Part shown: piece by piece, positions 11,267-22,222 of the stretch
Numbering within the stretch: the first letter of the stretch is position 1
Layout: every line of letters starts with the position of its first letter
Assembly (NCBI GenBank): GCA_950097015.1
Contig: CATNEN010000001.1
Span: 3,658,001 to 3,722,000, forward strand
Direction: 5' to 3'
DNA: 64,000 bases
Origin: Macrostomum hystrix
Taxonomy: Eukaryota > Animalia > Platyhelminthes
The notes under the pieces: generated by a model
Told to the model about the DNA's origin: nothing
The model's input: only the letters and a program-made list of their open reading frames with translations
The model's database searches: none
Translations under genes and position numbers: made by a program

Positions 11267-11852
11267 ATATGACCAGGAGGGTAAACATGCTAGCATTGTA
11301 TAGAAATACAAGTAAGTGATGATAAAGAGCCTCCTTATATTTCTCGTGACTTTGCATACGTTTTTGCGTCGTAAAATAGACTGAAGCCCGCTAAAGCGCA
11401 TAGACAGTATGTACAGTTCAGTAGAATCTTTTTAATATGAGCGCACAAAAAAGGCCAATGTTTATACTCTCCATCAAGATGGTTTATAGAAAAAAGTGAA
11501 CAAATGTACGAGTATTTAAATGTCGGGTACCATATATTCGGCGCCATACAACACATACCACAGTTGGTGAAGTGCAATAATGTAAATATGGATACGGCAG
11601 AAGTGCATGTCATTTAAGGCAGCCTCATCTCCAATGAAAAAAATGGTGTGACCACTAAGCAATGCAAAAATATTTCTGCAGGCAGTAAGAGGCACTAAAA
11701 TCATTAAAATAAATACTTCGGAATACCGGGTGGCCCATGCGTTTAAGGACAACTTAAAAATAATCAAATGTATGGTACCTATCAAATGTAGTTCCACCTA
11801 AGAAGTAAAACGGAGAAGACCAAATAGCGCTTATCGGAAATTACGAACAGCA

Positions 11853-12700
11853 TTAGGAAATAACTTTTAGGTTTTCCTTTTGAACAAAAACATAACGGTC
11901 GCCAATTCTTAGGCGTACAAACTGTTTTTCGTGATTCAATTTGTAAGCACTACTGGCGCTAGCATGACGCAGCGGCTCAACTGTGCTGGGGCCGGCGCTA
12001 GCATGACGCAGCGGCTTAACTGTGCTGGGGCCGGCGCTAGCATTAGGATGTCGCTGCACAGCAACAAACTTTAGCAAGTTTGAGGCCTCCTGAATCTTAC
12101 GTAGTTCGGTTTTTGTGAGCTTGTTTGGTGGAAAACCGCTGCGAACACCAGGGGGCCAGTTTTCCCAGTAGCCTTGCGACGGATACTTTGAATGCTGAAA
12201 CCTTCCTTTCCCACCAGAGATTTCTAAAACAAAGAAAATGATCCAATTAAAACAAAGCATTCGTAGAAAATTTATCTGGGTTGCTAATAAGTGCATAGAA
12301 GATAATCATAAATACAGCCTAAAAATAAACAAATTACAGCAGGATGTAAATAAAGCGAATTTAAAATTCATGTGATCCATGGTATAAAACAACTTACTGT
12401 ACTTAGACTTAAGTATTTCTGCCACTTCCTCTATAAGCTGCATCGTCGTGGAAGATGCTGAGGCTCCGCGTGAGAACTTGTCCACTACCAACTGAAAAAT
12501 GCATGATTATATAACTCGTATGCAACTCAACAATGAACATACTCTTTGTTTGATAGACACAAAAGTTGTTACTCACATTAATTATATTAGACTGCTCCGT
12601 TACTCCGCGCAGTTTTGGAGTTTCCATTAGTTGCTTCGAGCCGTCAGGGGAAAGCAAAAAAACAATTGCATTGCCCCCCGTTCCTGTGATAACTGTCGAA
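11853..12700 (-). CDS. Uncharacterised multi-exon gene fragment
   Basis: Exons 12700-12577, 12491-12398 and 12223-~11865 have canonical TTTCAG/TTTTAG acceptors and GTGAGT/GTAAGT donors and splice in frame (…TPKLRGVTEQSNIIN/LVVDKFSRG…LKSKY/KISGGKGRFQHSKYPSQGYWENWPPG…). No domain recognised. Confidence 0.45.
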
Positions 12701-12843
12701 CTGAAAATATTGTATATTGAGCGCAAAATAAATTCAATTAGAACTCGAAAAGTTTTTTGATTCCTGTATTTACTATCTGTAAACTTAATCTGATGCGGAA
12801 TTTGTATTATATCGCTAGTACTCGTAATTTGCAGCTTAAACTT

Positions 12844-14266
12844 CTAAAAATCATCTATATTTGTGTGAGAACATGTGTATATTTTGGGAACTAAATGGGA
12901 ACAGCAGTAAGTGGATTCAGCAGTCTCCCCTGTTCTGAACCAGCATGTAAGCAGCATGTAACGCCACTCTTCCTGGTTCACGCCTTCTGGGGCAACTGCC
13001 TCTTCATCAACGATGTCAGGCTGCGCCAGTCTGCTTTTGATCTTTGCCTTGAGGCAACTGTTGGCGAATTCCGAAGGGTTCAGAAAAGGTGAATATCCCG
13101 GAAGAATGCGGATGGACACAGCGTACTGCAGATGTTGCGGAATGCGCGCTGCTCGATGGAAATGCGGACCGTCCATCACGACAAGCCACGAAGCCGCAGC
13201 ATCAAGACGGTGGCATTCCTCGCTCAGTTCGTCGATGAAGATCTGAAATCTGGCGTTCGTCTGGCCTCCTCGGAACACCGACGAATGCACGAGGCCAAAC
13301 TCAGCGGCTATCGCCATGCAAACAGTCACATTTGGTCCGCGCTGCGTTGTGACCCTTCGCCTGACCTCTTCACCTTTTAGGCTGCGACCCTGCGATCTTC
13401 TGGTCCACAAATTGAATCCCGTTTCATCAAGAAACACCAACCGTACTGCAGGGTCCAAGTTCAGCACGAACTCTGCGTACTCTCGCCGAGCCTCATTGTT
13501 CTCCTGGCTGTTCGTTCTCGAGCGCACATCCGTGCCCTTGGTGGCCAGCTTAACTGTGTACATCAGTCCCTGTAGAATTCTGTCCACAGTTCTGTACGAG
13601 ATGTCCAGTTTGTCGGGGAAATGGTTGTTGACCCGCTGTGCCATCTCGCTCAGGGTGAGGAACGGGTTGCGGTTCACCTCTGCTTCCAGAAATTCACGAA
13701 TCTCCTCATCCACCTTGCACCTTGCTTCTTTTCGGCCTCCACGAGGCATAACGTCCATCCTTCCCTCATTCCTGTACAGCCTCACGATGCGATGAGCAGT
13801 TGAACTTGACAGCTGAAGGATTATTGCTGCGTCCTTGACCGGTGTGCCTCGATTCATTGCCTCGATGAGCCGACGTCGGTCAACTGGACTCACAGGTGGT
13901 GCCATCACCAGCAAACTGGAGAGATGGCTGGCAGAATGAATCTTTTGCTCAAAGCCTTACATGCGGTTTCCACTGGCATTAAAAGTGAAAAGTGAAGTCC
14001 ATTCTATTTTTTCCTTCATGGTGCTGCCTCGCTACACTAACCAAGCGTTGCCATTTTAATTATCCAATTCTCATTTCGATCGTCAAAAAAGTCTATGGCC
14101 TAAGCCGCAGCTGCTGCGAAGCTGAGCTGAGCTGCTGCATGCAGATCTATGGCTCTCTTCATTTTGATTGTCCATTTTCTCATATTGATTGTGAAAACCA
14201 ATACTATTTAAAATGTAACAAATTAACAAATGGGATCCTTCTAAGTAAAAACCTACAAAATTACTG
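12844..14266 (-). mobile_element. IS630/Tc1-mariner superfamily (Gambol-like) transposase, C-terminally truncated
   Basis: ORF 13914-12844 has an N-terminal HTH, FLDETGFNLW, VVMDGPHFH and LPGYSPFLNPSE (DD33E by my count). An 11-bp duplication at ~12941-12961 marks a probable junction. Possible TA-CAGTAA terminus at 14268-14261. Confidence 0.85.
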
Positions 14267-14269
14267 TAG

Positions 14270-14388
14270 AAATGGAGACGGGTAGAATGGAGGAAGAGGG
14301 GAGAAAAGAGGGCAGAAGAGGGGTAGAATGGAGGCGAGAGGGGAGAAAAGAGGGCAGACGGGGGTAGAATGGAGGGGAGAGGGGAGCA
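14270..14388. repeat. Purine-rich ~40-bp minisatellite (GGGTAGAATGGAGGGGAGAGGGGAGAAAAGAGGGCAGA)
   Basis: Same unit as 16048-16440. Confidence 0.8.
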
Positions 14389-14389
14389 G

Positions 14390-16047
14390 TGTCGTGAATG
14401 TGTGGTGCAGTATATTGGCCTTGCTTTTGTTGGAATATGATTTGCTTTTGCTGATGGCAGTTTGTATTTTTCAGCTTCACGCAACACGAACTCTAACAGA
14501 ACGACAGGCGCGGGTTAAAGACTTAAAGGGACACGCCAGGTCTAGTGAGTATGGTTGCACTACAGGTCTCGTGGAGATTTCCCTTTTCAAGCTCTCGAAA
14601 GCGCGAGTACAGTCCTCCGACCATATAAAGGGAGTGGCGGGCTTGCGCAGACGGTTCAATGGTGCAACCTTGGAGGAAAATTCTGGAATGAGGCGTCCAA
14701 AAAAGTTAACCAGCCCCAAAAACTGCTCGACCTCTTTCTTCGACTTCGGGATGGATATCTGGCGGATCTTTTCCACCAGTTTATCATCGGGCCAGATCCC
14801 AGCCGCCAAAATTTTGAAGCCGAGGAAGGTAATCTCATCGCATAAGTCAATGCACTTCTTTTCATTGATGCTGACTTTCTTCTCTGCCAGCCTCGTCTTA
14901 ACCGAGGTCAGTCGCTTACTAAGCGAGTCGGCATTCTCAGCAAAAACAAGCACGTCATCTTGATAGATAAGTACTCCTTTCAGATCAGCCAGGATGCTTT
15001 CCATCGCCCTTTGGAATATAAATGAGGCATTTTTCATGCCCATCTGCAGTCGCTTGACCCGATAGAGTCCACGTGAAGTATTGATCGTTGAAAGCTCCTG
15101 CGCGTCCTCGTCAAGAGCAATCTGCCAGTAAGCTGAACGTAGGTCTACTTTCGCGAACTTTTTAGCGTTCTTTAGCTTGGCAAACAGATGCTCGGTGGAC
15201 GGAATGGGGTACGACTCCGACTTTATCTTCGCATTTACATGGACTTTATAATCAGCGCACATCCTGAGTGAACCATCGGATTTCTTGACCCACACAACGG
15301 GAGAGGCGTTGCTTACCGGCCCTTCCACCGGCTCAATGACGCCCAACTGCTGCAGTTTGTCGAGTTCGGCGTTGATCTTCTCTTCCATGGCTGGCGGGAC
15401 CGGGCGAGCACGGCAGAATTGAGGCGTCGCCCCCTCGAGTAGTTCCATGTGGGCCTTGACACCCTTTATTGTTGGCAGGGGCGCCACTGTCGATGGCGCA
15501 GACGCTGTTGATCCGTGGAATATTGCGTCAGAGTCTAGCAAGTCTCGCCCTAAGAGGCCGAACGACTTTGAGGACGAAACAACCATAAGCTCCACGGGAT
15601 GCAGGAGCTTACGTAACTCCACCACAGTTACAAGCTTACCCAGTGTCTTCAGGCTATGCCCATCGTACGCCTCTAGGCGCCTGTTACACTTCTCCAACTG
15701 CGGTCGGTCCAGACCTTCCCAGATCTTTGATGAGAGCACAGAGACGGAAGCACCAGTGTCCACCTGCATCGGGATCTTGACCCCGTTGAGTACCATAGTC
15801 TCTGAGGCTTCAGAGATGGCATGTACTTGGCTTGCCACATCAGTCAGATGGAGTAGATCCGCTTGATTGTTCTTGGAGTCGCCAGGCGTGATCTCCGCGT
15901 GGTGTATACCCTTGCCTGACGGAACAGAAGAGCGGCAGACGGCGGCGAAATGGTTGCGTTTGTTACACTTCGAGCAAATTTTTCCGTACGCAGGGCATTT
16001 TCCTCGCTGGTGCTTGCCACCGCAGTACTTGCACTGTTGAACTGCAG
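14390..16047 (-). mobile_element. Ty3/Gypsy (Mag-like) gag-pol fragment: zinc knuckles, protease and RT, joined to a probable 3' LTR remnant
   Basis: CKYCGGKHQRGKCPAYGKICSKCNKRNHFAAVC, VDTGASVS, SPVVWVKKSDGSLRMCADYK, KVDLRSAYWQI, YQDD and FLGLVNFF. RNase H and integrase are missing. Minus strand ends ...TTCACGACA at 14390, like an LTR terminus. Confidence 0.92.
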
Positions 16048-16440
16048 AGGGGGTAGCGGAATGGAGGGGAGAGGGTAAAAAAGAGGGCAGACGGGGGTAG
16101 AATGAAGGGGAAAGGGGAGAAGAGGGCAGACGGGGGTAGAATGGAGCGGAGAGGGGAGAAGAGGGCAGACGGGGGGTAGAATGGAGGGGAGAGGGGAGCA
16201 AAGAGGGCAAAGAGGGGTAGAATGGAGGGGAGAGGGGAAAAAAGAGGGCAGAAGGTGGGTAGAATGGAGGAGAGAGGGGAGAAAAGAGGGCAGAAGGTGG
16301 GTAGAATGGAGGGGACAGGGGAGAAAAGAGGGCAGAGAGGGGGTAGAATGGAGGGAAGAGGAGAAAAAAGAGCAGAGGGGGTAGGGGAAGGGAGGGAAGA
16401 GGGGAGAAAAGAGGGCAGAGAGGGGGTAGAATGGTAGAAT
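16048..16440. repeat. Purine-rich ~40-bp minisatellite
   Basis: About ten degenerate units. Confidence 0.85.
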
Positions 16441-16499
16441 GGTTGCACATAATAAGGTCTAGTGTTTAAAGCTAGTTGGGATGAGTGAGCCAGTAATGG

Positions 16500-18775
16500 C
16501 CAGGAAGAAGCCGAGCGTTAGTGTTAGCGTCATCGGTCATTACCGATGTGATATCTCATCTTGATAAGATATAACCAACGTGTCGGGATAGGAAAGCAAG
16601 TTTTTCAACTTTTAACGATTGCCGCTTTTGCCCAGTTGAACCGATTTGGATGCGGTTTTTTGCAAAACATGTAAAGACTTGGGTCTATGTACTGAAGTTA
16701 AAAGCGTTGCCATGGCAACGCGGTTTGGTCGCCATGGCAACCAAACATATGATTTTTTGGACAAGACAAAAATTTGTCTCTCGGCTCTTATTTTGGCATT
16801 TTATGGTGTCGCCAAGTGACTCTATCCAGTCGATGCGGGCTATAGAAGCCTACAATGATTTGATATGGAATTTTTCTTGCTGACCCATCTTCTGGGTCAA
16901 AGGGTCAAAAAACGGGTTTTTGAGGTTGAAAAAATGTGCATGTTTTTTAACTTTGACTTGCTGGGTCGTAACCCCAACACATGGGCCTACTTGATGGTGA
17001 AGAAATTTTTTGATCGTGTACTTTTATGATTGAAAAAAATGTGCACTTTTAAAGTAATTTTAGTACAGGGTGCACTTTGGATGCCTCTATGACACAGACA
17101 TGTGACTTGAATTGCATTTCAACACATGTCAACCAACTTTCTTGGGTGTCGCCTATACGACAATGTTGGTTTCAGACTGATTGGATGTTGTTTACCGAAG
17201 ATGTGGGTAATTAAATCCCAAAAACGTGATTTTGGTCATTTTTAGTCATTTTTCGAGGTACAAAACTGCATGGCCAGAACGTATTTGGTGTGTGATTTGA
17301 ATGCGGCTTTAGTTTCTATAAGCGCAACAGATGTGCGCACAAAATGTATATTTTTAATTTTCTAAGCATCCCCTTGCCCTGAAGGTGGATGCGAAAATCC
17401 CAAATTTTGAACCCCCTCGGGGAGGCTAAAACATGCAAAACGGGATCAGTCATAACTTTTGATTGCTGCATCCGTTGGTGTTGCGCTAAGCGTTGCTGAA
17501 TTGCATTGAGGACCCTCTTTCATTTGATACTATACTCGTGTACACAAATTCAGTAGTTGGCCATCTGTACTAAAATTTGTACCTGTACAGGTGTACATAT
17601 GAGAGAAAAAGTTTGCCATTTCTGCCTCTACGATAGTGCACTTTGTCGCATTGAGCTGAAAATGGTGTCAAAAGACGCATGTGGATGTTTGAAAGAGAAT
17701 GACGTCAACTTAAAGTCAGCGTCACATTCAAGATGCTAAATCTTGATTTGAAGTTGGAAAACGTGTTGTTTTCGTAGAAATTGAATAAATCATGCCATTT
17801 TTCAAACCTTCAAAGGTAAATTTTGTAAAAACGGTCTTGCGAATTTTTTTATGTACAGAGACGAAATGTACCCAATACTATGCCGCATCCGATTAGCAGC
17901 TGCATTAGTGTTGGAAAATTCGATTTTTCGAAATGGAAGGCACATTAATTGCAGCAATTTTGACACACGGGGCCTATGCCAATTTCTCATGAGATTACTC
18001 ATAAGATTTTAGTAGTGCAATTTCTCGAATCAAGTTTGGTGTCGTTGGATAGCATTTAGAGCCCTCTTCAAAAGGACAGCATCCATGCCTGCCTGTGAAC
18101 ATTGATTGAGCGTCAGTACACGATGCATTACTTTTAAGAGAAGCTGCATTTTCGATTTTACTCTAATAAAATGTTGTTCTTTGCCCCAATGCCATTGAAA
18201 ATGGTTTTAATAGATGCGTCTAGATGTTTCCAAGACAATGACATGTCACTTGAAGCTGTGCTTCACATTTCAGATGTACAGTATTGATTTTCATTTATAA
18301 AACGTGATTTTTTTCATCCCACAAATAATGCAACCTTGAGTGAAAATTGTGCTAAAATGGTTAAGTAATCGCATGTAAGTTTCGCTTATAGATTGTGTGT
18401 CCAGCATTTAAATGAATATGGTGCTTTAGTCTTGGAAAGTTTAATTATCTGATGAAGTATGAATATAAAGTAAGCAGTAATTAATGAAAGATCATCCTGT
18501 TTTTTGCGATCAACTTTTTTTGCATCACATTAAAATCGAAACCGAAATTTTATAAGTTAAATCTTGACTTAGAAATAGAATACACAGGCACACAGCCCTC
18601 CATGCATTTGTCAGTGTTTGTTTTGTTTGTGGGGACGAGATTTCTGTCTATTGAGGCTTGAATGTACATAAAGCCTCAAGGCTGTGCCGCCCGATCGATA
18701 AAAATCGAGGGGAGGGTTCTCTTAGCCTGAGTGTCTGTGGCTTGAAGGGGGGCTATTCAGCCCCTCCTTTTGTTT
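16500..18775. mobile_element. Unclassified non-autonomous interspersed repeat with degenerate ~545-bp internal periodicity and a 3' GC hairpin (possibly Helitron/Helentron-like)
   Basis: Motif pairs at 17503/18052 and 17674/18212. Hairpin AAGGGGGGCT-ATTC-AGCCCCTCCTT at ~18745-18769. No ORF. Confidence 0.3.
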
Positions 18776-18798
18776 AATGTACATGGCCCAGCTCAGAT

Positions 18799-18837
18799 CA
18801 CAGATTCTATATTATCTGTGGTAATATAGAATCTGTG
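18799..18837. repeat. Perfect 16-bp inverted repeat (possible minimal TIR-element remnant)
   Basis: CACAGATTCTATATTA-tctgtgg-TAATATAGAATCTGTG. Confidence 0.7.
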
Positions 18838-21184
18838 GTTAAAATATATGGCTTATTGAAATGGGCCGTACTTTAGCGGACGATAGAAATTTAGACTTTG
18901 ATATAGCGGGGATTGATAATTAAGAAAGTTGGACGAATGATTAAAAACACTGCGCCCCCTCTGTTGTGATGAGAGGTGTAGGCCAGTGTTTGGCGAGGGG
19001 TTGATGTTTCGTGCGTGGTTTTTCTTACCCCCTTGTCCGTCCGCCCCACTCCGCGACTGGCATTGTTATAAGAGTTTTCTGTGTGCGCGTATGAGTTTTT
19101 GTGAGGTTTTTTTTGGTTTGAGTATTTTTCATCGTCCGGCTCGCTCAGCTAAGAAAAATATATTGTGGCCCAGACGGGAGCCAAAGATAAAGAAAGAGAG
19201 ATCAAAGACCTTTTTTAAAACTCTTATGTCTTTCTCGCTGAAGAGAACACCCTCTCTCTATTGAAAGTTTCAGAAATCACTGAACGCCAAGAGATTTATG
19301 GCGGGTCTGGGAGAGAGAACGGAAGGGCAAGGGGTCAGTCAGAGTCTTTAATAACTCTTTATCAGTGGTGTAGTGACCTTAATTCGCGAAACTTCTGTAC
19401 GATATTCAATTGACCTTCGAGAACATTCTATACAGTACGAAAACATTGATTTCTAGAAAATTCTTCGATATAGTACAAATTAAACTTTGCCATTTTTAAT
19501 ATTCCTTTAGTACGATAATCGCGTAATTCACGATAAATTATTGCATATCTAACACAAACTCCTCATGCGCTTGCATCTAATAATAAATAGCTTAATTTTA
19601 TTTGCTTTACCGTACAGTATATTTCTAGAAACTTCGGGAAACACTAAAATACATGTAATGAAATTATTGGTCGTGGTCGCCATTTGTAATGAAATTATTG
19701 GTCGGTGGTCGCCATTTAAAATAAATTGTAAGTCGTTTTGAAAGGCTGCAGCTTAATATAATATAATTAATAATATAATTAGCCATAGGGCCTACTTCTC
19801 TGTTATACCAATTACGCCGCTTTGCTGACGCACGCGCGTACAATCTAGAGCAAGATGAGTTAAAGGTGGTTATATAAATTATAATCTAACGTTCGAATCT
19901 AATTGTCTAAACTTAGTGGCTAGTCCCGATGCGCGCGCGCGTGTCAGAAAACCGGTTGCAACTAGTGTCACTTTATATTTAACTTGTCAAGCGTAGTTTA
20001 AACAAATACTAAATACATAATTAATACAAAACATCCGTACGAAAATACCGGTTATGAGAAGATGATGTAGCATAAATTTAGTTGTAATAACAGTATACAA
20101 GAAATATTTTGATTTTAATAACAATTTAAAAAAGACTAATTATTTCGTATATAATTTATAAACTATAAATATACTGCATCCGATCCAGCAATGATCAAGC
20201 CTTTCTGATCTCATACGAGATTCAACAAATAATACAAAAAACCACCGCCTAGCTCTTAATTACTCGCGAACTCGCGACCAACAAAACTGCTACAGTGGCT
20301 TTGATATGCATCACGGCTCACTCATCCCGTAATGAGTCACTGACTTCATTACTAGCCTAGTTATAGCTATAAAACAATAACAATAATATAAGCTAGACAT
20401 TAAACATTCAAGACATATCAAACATTATTTGATATTCTTTTTGGCATTTAAATGCAGGACATTATGGCTATATTCAATAAGAATCTAGTCTAACCATAGG
20501 TAACAAAAGAATTTCTTTTTAAAAATGAAATGCTTACATATAATAGTACTTAGCTAAGAATTATCACTTATTTTTGTGCAGAAATTTGCATGCATTAGAC
20601 CTCCTCCAACTAGGCTAGGCTTAAGGCCTGGCTACTTTGACCAAATTGAACTTGTCTTTCTGAGAGCATAGTTGGAACTGCATTCTGGAGTCTGGACAAT
20701 GTAGCTAACTAAAAATGTTTCCAGAGAAAATAGAGATTGATAGTGGGTCCTATCCTACCTGCTACAGAGAAATGTAATAGTATTCAAAGAATATTTATAA
20801 TTATACATGAATAGGACATACAAACATTTGCAATTGCACTCAATAATCTGACTTCTGTTTGCCAGTATTTTTCGATTTTGCACTCTGTTTATATCTTAGT
20901 CAGCTTCGTTTCTAATCGGCATATTCCAACAATCAATTATTTATTAGGTATCAAGCCAATAAAAACATTTGCTGTTAATATAAGTGATTATTCTAGATAG
21001 CAAAAGCATAGAGCTAATGAGTTTAAGTGAACAAATGATAAGTTTAAATAATCGCTATAACATTTCATCTTGCGATCTTCTAAAGCCAATGATACACATA
21101 TTCGTATGTCAGTACATGTATTTTGTCTGTTACAAAGTCAACTTTTGTCTGTATGGATACGCTTTATTTTTGTGACACGGGTGA

Positions 21185-21353
21185 AGAGTGAGAGGTGGAG
21201 TGAGAGGAAGAGTGAGAGTTTAGTCCTTCCATATAGGCCCCATTTCTGTCTGTTATGTTAAACTGAAGTAGAGTGAGAGGAAGAGTGAGAGGTCGAGTGA
21301 GAGGTCGAGTGAAAGGAAGAGTGAGAGGTCGAGTGAGAGGTGGAGTGAGAGGT
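21185..21353. repeat. 12-bp repeat (GAGTGAGAGGTC)n in the intron upstream of the SET exons
   Basis: Tandem units. Confidence 0.7.
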
Positions 21354-21400
21354 TTAAGTTTAAGTTTGATTAATTATAATTATGCATGTTAATTTTTCAG

Positions 21401-22222
21401 ACTAACAACCGCGCCGTCCCTGAAGTTGAACCCATCTGCAACGTCGATTTGTCCTTCACCGACAGCGAGGAAGAGGGCGAGTCACTCGTGGATCAATCGC
21501 TTCGCATCGCCCTAGCCGTATGTGGATTAGAGGCACGTCAATTAATAGCGATTGGTGTGGCTGTATGAAGTTGATTTAGGAGCCCAAGTTTCTCTTTGCG
21601 TAATTGTCTAAAGGGGAGATTTCGATTTAGACGGATGAGAAAACAAATTAAAACATGTTTAACTACACCCCCGCAGCCTGAGCCTGTGCCAACCGTTGAG
21701 ACGAGGCCGGCTCGGAGGCTGAGCCGGTCTACCATCAATTATCGTCCCCCGACAACCGCGAAAGATACTACGGAACGCGTTCTGGGCATCAACGGGAAGA
21801 CGGACACCGCGATCGCCGTTGCACCAGCGGGCAAGAAGGGACTGGGCGCCTTCGCAAGAATAAACCTAGCTGCCGGGGTGTATGTCGACGAGTTCGCCGG
21901 AATCCTGCTGAACGAACAGGAAGCGATTAGGCGTGAAGTTAAACCCAACTCTAACTGGCTTCTATTTGAATTTAAATTTAACGGTAAATTATGGGTAATC
22001 GACGCCAGCAACAGCAATGGATTGGGAAGGTATCTAAACCAATCTTCTACTGCTCCCAACTGTAAAGCGAAGTTCATAATCATCGAGCAGGGGCTGCGAC
22101 CCGTCGTTTATTTTGTGACAACCCAATATGTTGCAGCCGGCACAGAACTTACGTTCGACTACACGGCTGGTAAAAGTACTTACAGTGACGTTCTTGTGAA
22201 GAACCCATGGCTGCGCGACTAG
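21401..22222 (+). CDS. SETD8/PR-Set7-like SET-domain lysine methyltransferase (divergent paralog; 5' exon not located)
   Basis: Exons 21401-21517 and 21677-22222, both phase 0. GKKGLGAFA...VDEFAG...EAIRRE...FEFKFNGKLWVIDAS...LGRYLNQS...NC...GTELTFDY...NPWL* matches the SETD8 layout, including the C-terminal PWL and no post-SET cysteines. Confidence 0.88.

Noticed and set aside
11853-12844. Fanzor/TnpB nuclease downstream of the IS630-like transposase
   Set aside because: No RuvC or zinc-ribbon motifs in the ORFs and exons I could read.
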